In this document: positions 44,709-53,453 of the stretch, in pieces | Layout of the letters: each line of letters begins with the position of its first letter | How positions within the stretch are numbered: position 1 is the first letter of the stretch | Origin: Patescibacteria group bacterium | GTDB taxonomy: Bacteria > Patescibacteriota > Saccharimonadia > Saccharimonadales > JAZKJC01 | Direction: 5' to 3' | NCBI GenBank assembly: GCA_040384565.1 | Contig: JAZKJC010000010.1 | Location: forward strand, 7,113-71,112 | Length of the DNA stretch: 64,000 bases | Program-made: the position numbers and the translations under genes | The notes under the pieces: generated by a model | Database searches by the model: none | Seen by the model: only the letters and a program-made list of their open reading frames with translations | Told to the model about the DNA's origin: nothing

Positions 44709-45131
44709 CTAGTTCAATATAAGTTTCTTAAATAATTTATCTAGTCCATAGTCGACAGAGCTAATAAGTAGGGTGAAAAATATAGCAAACAGAAAAACTG
44801 CAAAAGTTAATTTAATTGTAGTTTTCCAGTTTGGCCAAACAACTTGACGCAGCTCAATCCAACTGTTTATAAAATATCTGGGGAAAAACTTACGTGGTTT
44901 GTTGAGTAATCTACCGGCCCTATTATCAGGTAACGGCAAGTAATACTCTTTGCGGCCAACCCGGGCTACTGCTTTAAAGGGCTTAACGGCAGAAGATCGC
45001 GCCTGCTTTAGCCGTCTGGGCTTTTTATCCGCACTAGATTTTTCTGCCCTTTCACGTACAGTCTGTGGTTTCTTTAGCTTAAGCTGCCGCTTTTTGGAAC
45101 TGTCTTTTCCGTCACTCTTCTTAACTGCCAT
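44709..45131 (-). CDS. secE: Preprotein translocase subunit SecE with basic N-terminal extension
   Basis: 140 aa. C-terminal ELRQVVWPNWKTTIKLTFAVFLFAIFFTLLISSVDYGL, and position upstream of nusG. Confidence 0.85.
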   Translation of the reverse strand: MAVKKSDGKDSSKKRQLKLKKPQTVRERAEKSSADKKPRRLKQARSSAVKPFKAVARVGRKEYYLPLPDNRAGRLLNKPRKFFPRYFINSWIELRQVVWPNWKTTIKLTFAVFLFAIFFTLLISSVDYGLDKLFKKLILN

Positions 45132-45255
45132 CCGTTGCTCCCTAGCCTTTCTAATAAAAAAACTACCTTAAAAAGATAGTCTTGTTCGGGTGTCAATATA
45201 CCACCCGCTTAATAATTAGTAAATAGCAATTAGAAAATAGGAAGAAGAAGCGAAA

Positions 45256-45276
45256 CTATTTCCTATTTCCTATTTC
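45256..45276. repeat. Perfect tandem heptamer CTATTTC x3 in the divergent secE / GT2 intergenic region
   Basis: ctatttcctatttcctatttc followed by ctag. The upstream aaataggaa is its inverted complement. Confidence 0.7.
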
Positions 45277-45293
45277 CTAGTTACTATTAGCAT

Positions 45294-46766
45294 ATGCTTA
45301 CATTTTGGATTGGTTCTTTTGTAGCCGAGGGACTATTGTTCTTGATTAGTCCGCTTTGGGCAAAAAGGCGATTGTTAGCGGGCATTATTGCTATATACAT
45401 TAGCTGTGCAATGCTAGTTATCTGGATAAATCTTGGCTTTTGGCTTGGGCTTCTTCTAGGGGTCATTGCTTTGTTTAGAATTTTCAATTTGTCCCGGATT
45501 ATTAAAGGCCGCATGCATACAAATTATTTGCGGCGCGTTACCAGGCGTACCAGCTTATCGCTATATTTAATCCACGTTTTGGCATTAATAGTACTGCTGC
45601 CTTTTATTTTCATACCTGAGCGCGCAGTAAATTTTTTGATGATTATCCAGCTTTTGGCCGGGGTCACAGCTTTTGTTATAACGGCTAAAACTATTAATAA
45701 ATTAAGGTTTAAGCAACCAGATCACTACATGTCAGATGCTGAGCTACCAACTGTCACTGTAGCTATTCCCGCCCGCAATGAAACAACCGATCTAGAAGAA
45801 TGTTTACGAGCGGTCATAGCAAATAACTATCCTAAGCTTGAAATAATTGTCTTAGATGACTGTTCGCAAGGCAAAACAGCCGATATTATTCGTAGCTTCG
45901 CGCATGACGGCGTACGTTTTGTGCCTGGGGATGCCCCGGCAGTTCGATGGTTAGCCAAAAACCAGGCGTATCAGAAACTTTACGAGGAATCCAGCGGTGA
46001 CTTAATCCTATTTATTGGCGTAGACGCAAGGCTTGGTCAGAACACAATACGAAGTATGGTGAATTTACTTAACGCTCGTAAAAAATCAATGTTAAGTGTT
46101 TTGCCTATTCGTCGCCAAAGTTCGCCCGCCGCCGCTCTTATTCAGCCTATGCGTTATTGGTGGGAGCTTGCTCTGCCCCGCCGGCTGTTTAACAAGCCGC
46201 CGGTGCTAAGTACGTGCTGGATGATAGGCAGGTCAGATCTAGAGAAGTTAGGTGGCTTTAAGGCCGTCAGCCACGCCATACTGCCCGAGGTTTATTTTGC
46301 TCGTGAAATGGTAAAGACAGATCAATATAGTTTTATAAGAAGCACTAACGACCTAGATGTTTCGACAGTCAAGTCTTTTCATGAGCAATATGAAACGGCC
46401 ATTCGAACTAGATATCCTCAGATCCGCCGCCGTCCTGAATGGGCCTTGTTTCTAACTTTTATAAACCTGCTATTACTTTTGTCGCCTTTCATTTTTTTAG
46501 CTCTAAGCTTTTGGCTGCCCCAGATTAATTTCTGGATTGCGCTGATCACTTGCGTGATTTTGACGGCAACTCATGTGCTAATTGTTCATACTACTGACCC
46601 AGCGAATAGCTTGCTAGCCGCTTTTACATTTCCGGTGGACGCATTTATTGAGATGCTAATAGGCTATGTCTCAATGATCCAGTACGAGTTTTATACTGTG
46701 GAATGGAAGGGCCGCAATATTTGCATTCCCGTCATGCACGTAGTGCCAAAACTGCCTAAATTGTAG
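45294..46766 (+). CDS. Membrane-embedded glycosyltransferase family 2
   Basis: 490 aa. N- and C-terminal TM helices flank a GT2 core: VTVAIPARNETTDLEECLRAVIANNYPKLEIIVLDDCS. Confidence 0.8.
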   Translation: MLTFWIGSFVAEGLLFLISPLWAKRRLLAGIIAIYISCAMLVIWINLGFWLGLLLGVIALFRIFNLSRIIKGRMHTNYLRRVTRRTSLSLYLIHVLALIVLLPFIFIPERAVNFLMIIQLLAGVTAFVITAKTINKLRFKQPDHYMSDAELPTVTVAIPARNETTDLEECLRAVIANNYPKLEIIVLDDCSQGKTADIIRSFAHDGVRFVPGDAPAVRWLAKNQAYQKLYEESSGDLILFIGVDARLGQNTIRSMVNLLNARKKSMLSVLPIRRQSSPAAALIQPMRYWWELALPRRLFNKPPVLSTCWMIGRSDLEKLGGFKAVSHAILPEVYFAREMVKTDQYSFIRSTNDLDVSTVKSFHEQYETAIRTRYPQIRRRPEWALFLTFINLLLLLSPFIFLALSFWLPQINFWIALITCVILTATHVLIVHTTDPANSLLAAFTFPVDAFIEMLIGYVSMIQYEFYTVEWKGRNICIPVMHVVPKLPKL

Positions 46767-46774
46767 GTTTCAAC

Positions 46775-47938
46775 TTACTGGAGGTTTGGGATGAAGATCT
46801 TGAAAGTAGAGCCCTTGTTTAGCTCACTTTCTACGTCTATTTCAGCATGTATTAACCTGGCTAATTTCATAGTTACATAAAGACCTAACCCAGTGCCGTT
46901 GTTTTGGCGAGTTCTATAATCTTCTGACCTAAAGAATTTATCAAAAACTTTTTCTTGGTCCGATTTACTAATACCAATGCCCGTATCTGAAACACGGAAC
47001 TCAATCCCATTATTTTTGGCTTTAGCGCTCAAGGACACATTTCCATGCTCAGTATATTTGATTGCATTGGTAATAAAGTTTTGCAGTATTTCACGCACAT
47101 ATAACTTAGAAGATTGTAAAAGCTCAAGCCGGGGGTCATTGTCGTATTTAAGGGTTAGTCCTTTGTCCTCAGCTTGCTTACCATAGGCTTTGGCCAGGTC
47201 TACGACCAAATCGTGTATGTTAATCGATTCAATATCTAGTGTCAGCCTATCTCGTTCGGCACGCGAAAGTGTCGCTAGATCATTTATCATGCCGCTCAAG
47301 AATTCAACTTGTTCGTGTGCCTCCTGGAGTGCCGCGTTAACTGCGCTTAAATCACCAGACTTCTCTACTATAAACTGCGCGTTGCTGATATTACCCTCTG
47401 TTATAGCAATTGGAGTGCGTAGTTCGTGGCTTATTACACTTATAAACTCATCACGTTCTTCCTCTAGGGACTTTTCGCGGGTTATGTCTCTAAGCAAAAT
47501 TACGTAGCCCTTTTTGCCCTCTTGCCCATAGCCCAAGCGTACTGGTGCAATGCTCAAATATAGGTTAATAGTACTGCCGTCTTTATAAGCTAATCGCCAA
47601 TCCCTATTTGTAAACTGTGTCTTTATGTCCTGGACAATACGTTTGATATCCACAGGCTGGTTATTTTTATCAATGAGCCTCAGGACGCTTTTAAGCTGCT
47701 TGCCCTCAAGAGTGGTATTTACATCCAGTACGTTTAGGGCAGCGCCATTAGACAATACAATTTTGGTATCTTCATCGGCTGCTATTACGCCGTCCGCCAT
47801 ACTGTTAATTAGGCTTATAAGCCGCTCGCGTTCTAGCTCCGCGCTGGGTGTTATATTTTTTCTAATAGCATTTGCCATGCTCTTAGCAGAAGAGATTAAT
47901 TTGGACTTGCTTTTTGGTTTATGCGCGGGCATAAGCAT
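46775..47938 (-). CDS. Cytoplasmic PAS sensor histidine kinase (no adjacent response regulator)
   Basis: 387 aa. H-box SHELRTP, N-box, and G1/G2 boxes DTGIGI / GTGLGL. No TM segment seen. Confidence 0.85.
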   Translation of the reverse strand: MLMPAHKPKSKSKLISSAKSMANAIRKNITPSAELERERLISLINSMADGVIAADEDTKIVLSNGAALNVLDVNTTLEGKQLKSVLRLIDKNNQPVDIKRIVQDIKTQFTNRDWRLAYKDGSTINLYLSIAPVRLGYGQEGKKGYVILLRDITREKSLEEERDEFISVISHELRTPIAITEGNISNAQFIVEKSGDLSAVNAALQEAHEQVEFLSGMINDLATLSRAERDRLTLDIESINIHDLVVDLAKAYGKQAEDKGLTLKYDNDPRLELLQSSKLYVREILQNFITNAIKYTEHGNVSLSAKAKNNGIEFRVSDTGIGISKSDQEKVFDKFFRSEDYRTRQNNGTGLGLYVTMKLARLIHAEIDVESELNKGSTFKIFIPNLQ

Positions 47939-47953
47939 ATTGTAGCAAAATCA

Positions 47954-48057
47954 AACCGATTACCGTTCTCTGTTTGCTCCGTTTTCCAAATGTTTTCCGT
48001 TTTATGTTCTCCATAGCTAATAGTTCAAGTCAAACTTGTGGTAAATAGTAAACGGTT
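47954..48057. repeat. Intergenic inverted-repeat element, copy C
   Basis: Ends aaccgattac...gtaaacggtt. The 15-mer taccgttctctgttt (47961..47975) is identical to 20995..21009. Confidence 0.55.
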
Positions 48058-48766
48058 ACGCCTGGCTTAAGAGGATTGGCTGATAAGTTTTCATAAGTTT
48101 CCGCTTAGCCGGTAAATCGTATACATATTGGTTGAGCTCAGTCCAAAATTTACTACCATGCGCCATGACTCGCGTATGCAATAGTTCATGCATAATTACG
48201 TAGTCTATGAGTTCCCACGGCAGCTGCATCAAAAAACAGCTAAGCGCAATATTTTTTTGGCTGCTGCAGCTTCCCCATCGACTCTTTAGTTGCTTAATAC
48301 TTACTGACTGATACTCAAAACCATATCGCTTGGCAAGATCCTCAATACGACCAGGCAACAAATTGCGTGCTTCTTGTTTGAGAGCTCGTATGGAGCCTTT
48401 ACTCACATCTTTTTGGACATCGCTGTCCGTCGGCTGTTTGTCTAATGGTAAACGCACAACCAGCTCAGTGGCTGTCACACGGCAGGTTATTGTGGAACGG
48501 TGCTCGTGGATAAACCGGATACGATGAGCCTTGCCGATACGTTGATCCGGTAAAAGCACTGGCCGGGTTTTTGTTAACTGATGGGTGCGAATCCAATCAC
48601 TTTTACTTATGGCAAAAGCTTCACCAACTTTGTAGGGGGACCAAGGCGGCATGCTTATACGCAGTGTCCCGTCATGACCAACAGTTAATCTTATACTACG
48701 TGTGCCCCGCCTTTTTTGGAGCGTGATTTCGCCTATTTCTGGCAATATAATGATTTTTTGTGACAT
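48056..48766 (-). CDS. DUF45/YgjP-like (M48-type) metal-dependent hydrolase
   Basis: 236 aa. HExxH in VIMHELLHTRVMAHGSKFW. Confidence 0.7.
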   Translation of the reverse strand: MSQKIIILPEIGEITLQKRRGTRSIRLTVGHDGTLRISMPPWSPYKVGEAFAISKSDWIRTHQLTKTRPVLLPDQRIGKAHRIRFIHEHRSTITCRVTATELVVRLPLDKQPTDSDVQKDVSKGSIRALKQEARNLLPGRIEDLAKRYGFEYQSVSIKQLKSRWGSCSSQKNIALSCFLMQLPWELIDYVIMHELLHTRVMAHGSKFWTELNQYVYDLPAKRKLMKTYQPILLSQA

Positions 48767-48898
48767 TTAGCTTTAAATTCCAATCTACAAACTCCAAACA
48801 ATCCCTAATAAGTAAACAACGCCGTTATTTTGTATTATATTTGAAATTTTTGTCATTTGGAATTGTTTATGATTTGATGATTGTAATTTGGAATTTCA

Positions 48899-49561
48899 TT
48901 ACCGTATGGTTATGTTTCGGCGTGAAGAATCTACCCTGCCTCCACTGATATTCGGTACAAGATTTACCAACGCCGGTTTGGCAATGCCTTGGGTAGTTTG
49001 CTGGGACTGCAGAAGCCCCATATCATATAGCTTTTTAATAACGGCGCTTCTTTGTGTATGAAAGGTTCGCTTTCCACTTACTACCATATAATCTTCTGTG
49101 CTACCTGGATTTTGCATTACGCTAGTCACATTATCAAAAGTCGTCCTGTCCATAGGCGCTGTATACTTATCGTCAATTCTACGCCTGTCACGGCTGGCTA
49201 CCCTGTCAAAAGAGCTTTCCAAATCCAGCTGAAACCAAACCAGCACGGTCTGGGCCTTGAGCCTCCGTGCCATATCCCTAAGTTCACGGCGTTGGCTCGA
49301 TCTCATTGCGTTTACATCAAAAACTACACTTATGCCAGCTTGCAGAAACTCCTCTGTCATGTATTCCATGAGGTGAGTGATGATTTCATTTTCCTGACGA
49401 TCATATCGTGGTCTTTCAAACAGTTCATAACGGATACGATCACCTTGAACATGAGCGGCCTGCAGCTCTTCACAAATTTGGCGCGCAAAATAGGTTTTGC
49501 CGGCGCCCGGAAAGCCAAACAACATAAACAAAGTTGGGTGAGTGAGCAGTAGTTTTGCCAT
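48899..49561 (-). CDS. P-loop kinase (AAA_33-like)
   Basis: 220 aa. FGFPGAGKTYFARQI Walker A. Confidence 0.55.
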   Translation of the reverse strand: MAKLLLTHPTLFMLFGFPGAGKTYFARQICEELQAAHVQGDRIRYELFERPRYDRQENEIITHLMEYMTEEFLQAGISVVFDVNAMRSSQRRELRDMARRLKAQTVLVWFQLDLESSFDRVASRDRRRIDDKYTAPMDRTTFDNVTSVMQNPGSTEDYMVVSGKRTFHTQRSAVIKKLYDMGLLQSQQTTQGIAKPALVNLVPNISGGRVDSSRRNITIR

Positions 49562-49858
49562 TTACCCGCCTAAACTTTTCTGAAATTTGTCATAAATCAA
49601 ACTATGCATTATGTGTCCTGAATTCTACACCTTTAGTTACCCCAACGAAAGTTTTGGTGGGTTAATCACTATAGTATAACAATTAACTCTCTGGCGCAAA
49701 GTGAGGACAAGAAGATCTAAACGTGGACTTCCGTAGATTGAAATGGCAGGGGTTCATGGATGAGTTGGAGAAAGAAATTGATAGTTTTGATGAGCTTGAT
49801 TTTGAACTAAAGAGTTTGCTGGGTGGAACAGTGTAAATACTGGCTCTGTTGTCGGAAA

Positions 49859-50122
49859 CTAGTGAGTTTCTATTAATTCTCCTGTAGAATCAAAAACAAA
49901 AACAGTCCCCTTGCTAGCTGTTGCTCGTTTCTCGGCCTCAATTAGCGCCTCTGTTTTACTTGCAAAAGTACCAACAACTTTTTGGTTGCTAACAAGTTCA
50001 ACAGTCCAGCGTGCCCCATGGGGGTTAACAAATATGCTCCTGAATCCCTTTTCCACAGCCGTGGTGTATTCACGAACCTGCTGATTTGAAGATGGTGGTG
50101 TTGGAAGTGTTTTATACGTCAT
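49859..50122 (-). CDS. DUF2188-like small protein
   Basis: Start at MTYKTLP, 11 nt inside the end of the upstream kinase gene. The pattern GARWTVE...GTFASKTEALIEAEKRA...VFVFDSTGELI is as in DUF2188. Confidence 0.5.
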   Translation of the reverse strand: MTYKTLPTPPSSNQQVREYTTAVEKGFRSIFVNPHGARWTVELVSNQKVVGTFASKTEALIEAEKRATASKGTVFVFDSTGELIETH

Positions 50123-50729
50123 GATTAACTCGCATTGCTTGCATGATACCATCTTCAGTATACTGCTCACGGTGTAAAAATTCAATTAGCGAACTGCGGT
50201 CAGGAAAAGTAAGCTCGCGAAAACTCATAGTAGAGCCGTCCCCAACAAAGTCAACATCGCTCATGATAATAGTAACCGCTATATCAGGAAACTTCTCTGC
50301 AACCTCCAGAACGGTTTTCCTCGTAGCGCTATGAGTTCTGAAGAAATGTCTTGTAGAAAACTTACGGTCCCTGTTTAAGAATGCAACATAGGCAACCAAA
50401 AAGCTTTCAGGCAACACGCAATGTACATTTATTTGCTTTTGGGCTTTGCGTGCCTTTTTGATTTTGATTTTGGCACCAGTAGTGGTCGGCAGTGTTCCGT
50501 CAAGTACGATAGCTGCTTCGTTTTGGAGATATGCCGAGACATATTCAGATTTACCCGATGCCGTACCGCCTGCCATTAATATGACGGTCGGTTCGGTACG
50601 CTCTCTCACCGCTTGGGCATATAGCTTATCCGCGAGTTTAGCTGACTCATGATGAAAAGCCTCGGATTTGTCAGGGCTGTAGCCTGGCAAAGTTTTCTTG
50701 AGTTCATCTGCAGAAATGATGTAAGCCAT
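50112..50729 (-). CDS. Zeta-toxin-family P-loop kinase
   Basis: Start set at MAYIISADELKK. LPGYSPDKSEAFHHESAKLADKL...VILMAGGTASGKSEYV fits zeta-toxin/AAA kinase N-termini. Confidence 0.6.
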   Translation of the reverse strand: MAYIISADELKKTLPGYSPDKSEAFHHESAKLADKLYAQAVRERTEPTVILMAGGTASGKSEYVSAYLQNEAAIVLDGTLPTTTGAKIKIKKARKAQKQINVHCVLPESFLVAYVAFLNRDRKFSTRHFFRTHSATRKTVLEVAEKFPDIAVTIIMSDVDFVGDGSTMSFRELTFPDRSSLIEFLHREQYTEDGIMQAMRVNHDV

Positions 50730-50913
50730 ACTTTTTAATAATAACAGAGCGACGAGTGATGCGCATGTCTTCAGAACCTGACTTTGAAAGATCAAAAACT
50801 TCGGTGGGAATACAAAAAACCGTTCGATATTCTGGCCAAAACGGCCAAAAATGATAACTGGCAGGAGTTCACGTCTGAGTATAGAACTTTTCTAGAGACC
50901 CCAAGCACTGAAA

Positions 50914-51411
50914 GTGACAATCGTAATGTTTAGGTGCTTTCGTAACTCAAAAACCCTGTCCAATGACCTGCTCATTTCAAGTCTATATTGTGACAAAACC
51001 TTCTACAAGGCGTTTGTCAAAGACTTGAAGTACGCTACGCATGAAGTGGTGATTGAAAGTCCGTTTATTGCATGCAAGCGTACAGATGAATTGCTGCCTG
51101 TTTTTAGGAAACTACGCAAACATGGTGTTAAGGTTCGCATCAATACTCGCAATCCTCGACATCATGACAAGGAGCTATGTATACAAGCTTGGGTGGCCAT
51201 GAAACGTCTACGTGCAGTTGGTGTCAAAGTCAAATTTTATGACGACTACAGACATCGTAAACTAGCAGTCATTGATAGTAGAGTTTTATGGGAAGGTAGT
51301 CTGAACATACTGTCGCAGAGCTGCAGCAAAGAGATTATGCGACGTACGGTTTCAGAGACTCTCGCACTACAAATGCTGTGTTTTACTGGCATGAATAAAT
51401 GGAGTTGGTGA
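50914..51411 (+). CDS. PLD-superfamily (Nuc-like) single-HKD nuclease
   Basis: 165 aa (GTG at 50914 or ATG at 50926). HKD motif HRKLAVID followed by GSLNILSQS. Confidence 0.7.
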   Translation: MTIVMFRCFRNSKTLSNDLLISSLYCDKTFYKAFVKDLKYATHEVVIESPFIACKRTDELLPVFRKLRKHGVKVRINTRNPRHHDKELCIQAWVAMKRLRAVGVKVKFYDDYRHRKLAVIDSRVLWEGSLNILSQSCSKEIMRRTVSETLALQMLCFTGMNKWSW

Positions 51412-51412
51412 T

Positions 51413-51898
51413 ATGATGGCAATTATGGATAGTGCGTTAGTTGTGATCGGTGTGTTTGCTGGCCTGTGGCTGATGTGGCGCTGTGCTGATCTTTTGCTTA
51501 TTTTGTATTACCAAAGCAGATATCAGGACAAAGAATCGTATTTAGCGCTCTACGATTTATTGGACGACGAATACAGTTATAAAGTGATGCAACGACAAGA
51601 CCCTATCATTGCAACCTATGACACGTACTTAAAACTTCACCAGCAAGCCCGTAAGGACGCCTATAAATACTTCATACGTTACTATCATAGAGTTTCCCGT
51701 AATGTGGCGTTGCACTGCATCCTGTTCTTGTTCGCGCCAAGTCTCGTTCTGTTCAGTAAGGCGCTTTGGTTTGCAATACCTGCGCTTGTAGTGTTTGTCT
51801 TGGGTGTGTTTTATAAACGATTTGTTAAGAAGATCGATACTGACTTTGCAGGTCGTATGATGCTAGCGGCTGTATTGAAACAATATTTAGCAAAATAG
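51413..51898 (+). CDS. Membrane protein coupled to the PLD nuclease gene
   Basis: 161 aa. One N-terminal TM and two C-terminal TM helices. The start lies 1 nt after the PLD stop. Confidence 0.5.
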   Translation: MMAIMDSALVVIGVFAGLWLMWRCADLLLILYYQSRYQDKESYLALYDLLDDEYSYKVMQRQDPIIATYDTYLKLHQQARKDAYKYFIRYYHRVSRNVALHCILFLFAPSLVLFSKALWFAIPALVVFVLGVFYKRFVKKIDTDFAGRMMLAAVLKQYLAK

Positions 51899-51927
51899 TG
51901 GGTTACTTCCAGGTTATTTGTTGTGGG

Positions 51928-52338
51928 TTAGCCTTGCTGTTTCATGGCTTTAATCTCATGATCAATCATGTTGTGCATGACTTCACCAAGATCAGGGTAC
52001 TTGTCGGCCATGTAACTCATCCAGTATCTACCGGTTCGTAAAGCTTTTCGTTCTATGGTCGTAAACAGCGATAAGGTGGCTTCAGAAACATCGCCGCCAA
52101 AGAACTCCCCTACAGTTGGATAGTTATGTATGATGCTCATAATGTTAACTTCTGCTGCCTTGCAGAGTTTCCGAAGTACTAAAATGCTGACTGCAACATT
52201 GCCCTTTTCAATCTGACGATAGTGATTAACGCTCACACCGGCCTTTCTGGCAAATGCTGCTTGGGTTAAGTCTTGCTGTAGACGGTATTTCTTAAGCTTT
52301 TCGCCGATTTTTATTGAATTATTGTAACGATGTGACAT
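51928..52338 (-). CDS. XRE-family HTH regulator with extra C-terminal domain
   Basis: 136 aa. IGEKLKKYRLQQDLTQAAFARKAGVSVNHYRQIEKGN. Confidence 0.75.
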   Translation of the reverse strand: MSHRYNNSIKIGEKLKKYRLQQDLTQAAFARKAGVSVNHYRQIEKGNVAVSILVLRKLCKAAEVNIMSIIHNYPTVGEFFGGDVSEATLSLFTTIERKALRTGRYWMSYMADKYPDLGEVMHNMIDHEIKAMKQQG

Positions 52339-52379
52339 GTGTTCTCCTATTAGTGTAATTAAGGAAGTAACCCAGTATA

Positions 52380-52922
52380 ATGATACCTATGCCTAACAAA
52401 GCAAAACCACCCGTAGTCTATGCTTTCATTGACAGCCAGAACCTCAATCTTGGCGTTCGTTCTACTGGCTGGCAGATTGATTACAAGAAGTTCAGATTGT
52501 ATCTGAAAAACAAATATAGTGTTGATCAAGCTTTCATGTTTATTGGCCTAGTTGCTAATAACCAAAAGCTTTATACGACTCTACAGGCTGCTGGGTTTAT
52601 TCTCGTCTTTAAACCAACCGTTCGTTATTTTGAAAATGGCAAAGAAACTGTTAAGGGTAATGTCGATGCGGAACTAGTCTTGCATGCTTCGGCCATTGAG
52701 TTTGCAAACTATGACAAGGCCATAATTGTGAGTGGTGATGGTGACTTTGCCTGCTTGCTAGAATTCCTTGATGATAAAGACAAGCTACTCCACGTCTTCA
52801 CACCAAACAAGACTTATTCCAAATTGCTGCGTCCTTACTCTAAGTATATTGTTGAATTAAGTCGGCTGAAAAAGACGTTGGAATACAAAAAGACCGGCAT
52901 CGGCGGTCGGTCGAAACCTTAG
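52380..52922 (+). CDS. NYN-domain (LabA-like) putative ribonuclease
   Basis: 180 aa. VYAFIDSQNL, GNVDAELV and IIVSGDGDFACLLEFL acidic motifs. Confidence 0.75.
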   Translation: MIPMPNKAKPPVVYAFIDSQNLNLGVRSTGWQIDYKKFRLYLKNKYSVDQAFMFIGLVANNQKLYTTLQAAGFILVFKPTVRYFENGKETVKGNVDAELVLHASAIEFANYDKAIIVSGDGDFACLLEFLDDKDKLLHVFTPNKTYSKLLRPYSKYIVELSRLKKTLEYKKTGIGGRSKP

Positions 52923-53105
52923 GCCTATCCGGTTATGGTGATGCTTAAAATATAGCACACGGTAGCTAAAAGGTCAATACCGAAACTGCTTACGCTACCT
53001 CTGTGAATTTGTACTTCTAACGGAGACGAGAAAATACTTATGCTATAAAAAGTATTTGCATTTATTTCAACACCATGATAATTTTCCGTAGTAAGGAGGG
53101 GCAGT

Positions 53106-53447
53106 ATGCGTAATGACACTCGGAACAGGATTGTAGCAAGCGTAATCTCATTCGGACTAACGTTCGTACTGCCAGCCACGACCTTTGCCCAAACAGCCGG
53201 TGTGGGACAAGTAGAGGGATTTATTAGAAACATTATCAAAGTCCTCGCAGGACTTGCCGGTCTTATTGCGACCGGCTTTTTTGTTGCTGGTGGTTTTAGC
53301 TACATCATGAGTTCAGGTAATCCTGAACATCTAGATAAAGCTAAGAAGACCTTGCTATATTCTTCTGTCGGTCTTGCAGTTACGATTGGAGCCTTTGTAC
53401 TCAGTAACATTGTTACGGAGTTAGCAACTAACGCTTTTGGGAGTTAA
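53106..53447 (+). CDS. T4SS pilin-like protein (TrbC/VirB2-type, two TM helices)
   Basis: 113 aa. Signal peptide ending TTFAQ, then two hydrophobic helices separated by SSGNPEHLDKAKK. Strong promoter and AAGGAGG RBS. Confidence 0.65.
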   Translation: MRNDTRNRIVASVISFGLTFVLPATTFAQTAGVGQVEGFIRNIIKVLAGLAGLIATGFFVAGGFSYIMSSGNPEHLDKAKKTLLYSSVGLAVTIGAFVLSNIVTELATNAFGS

Positions 53448-53453
53448 TTAGAG

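Noticed and set aside
48056-48766. DUF45/YgjP hydrolase as the missing partner of the type I R-M system.
   Set aside because: It is 42 kb away from hsdMS, no hsdR lies beside it, and there is no operon link. The association would be speculative.
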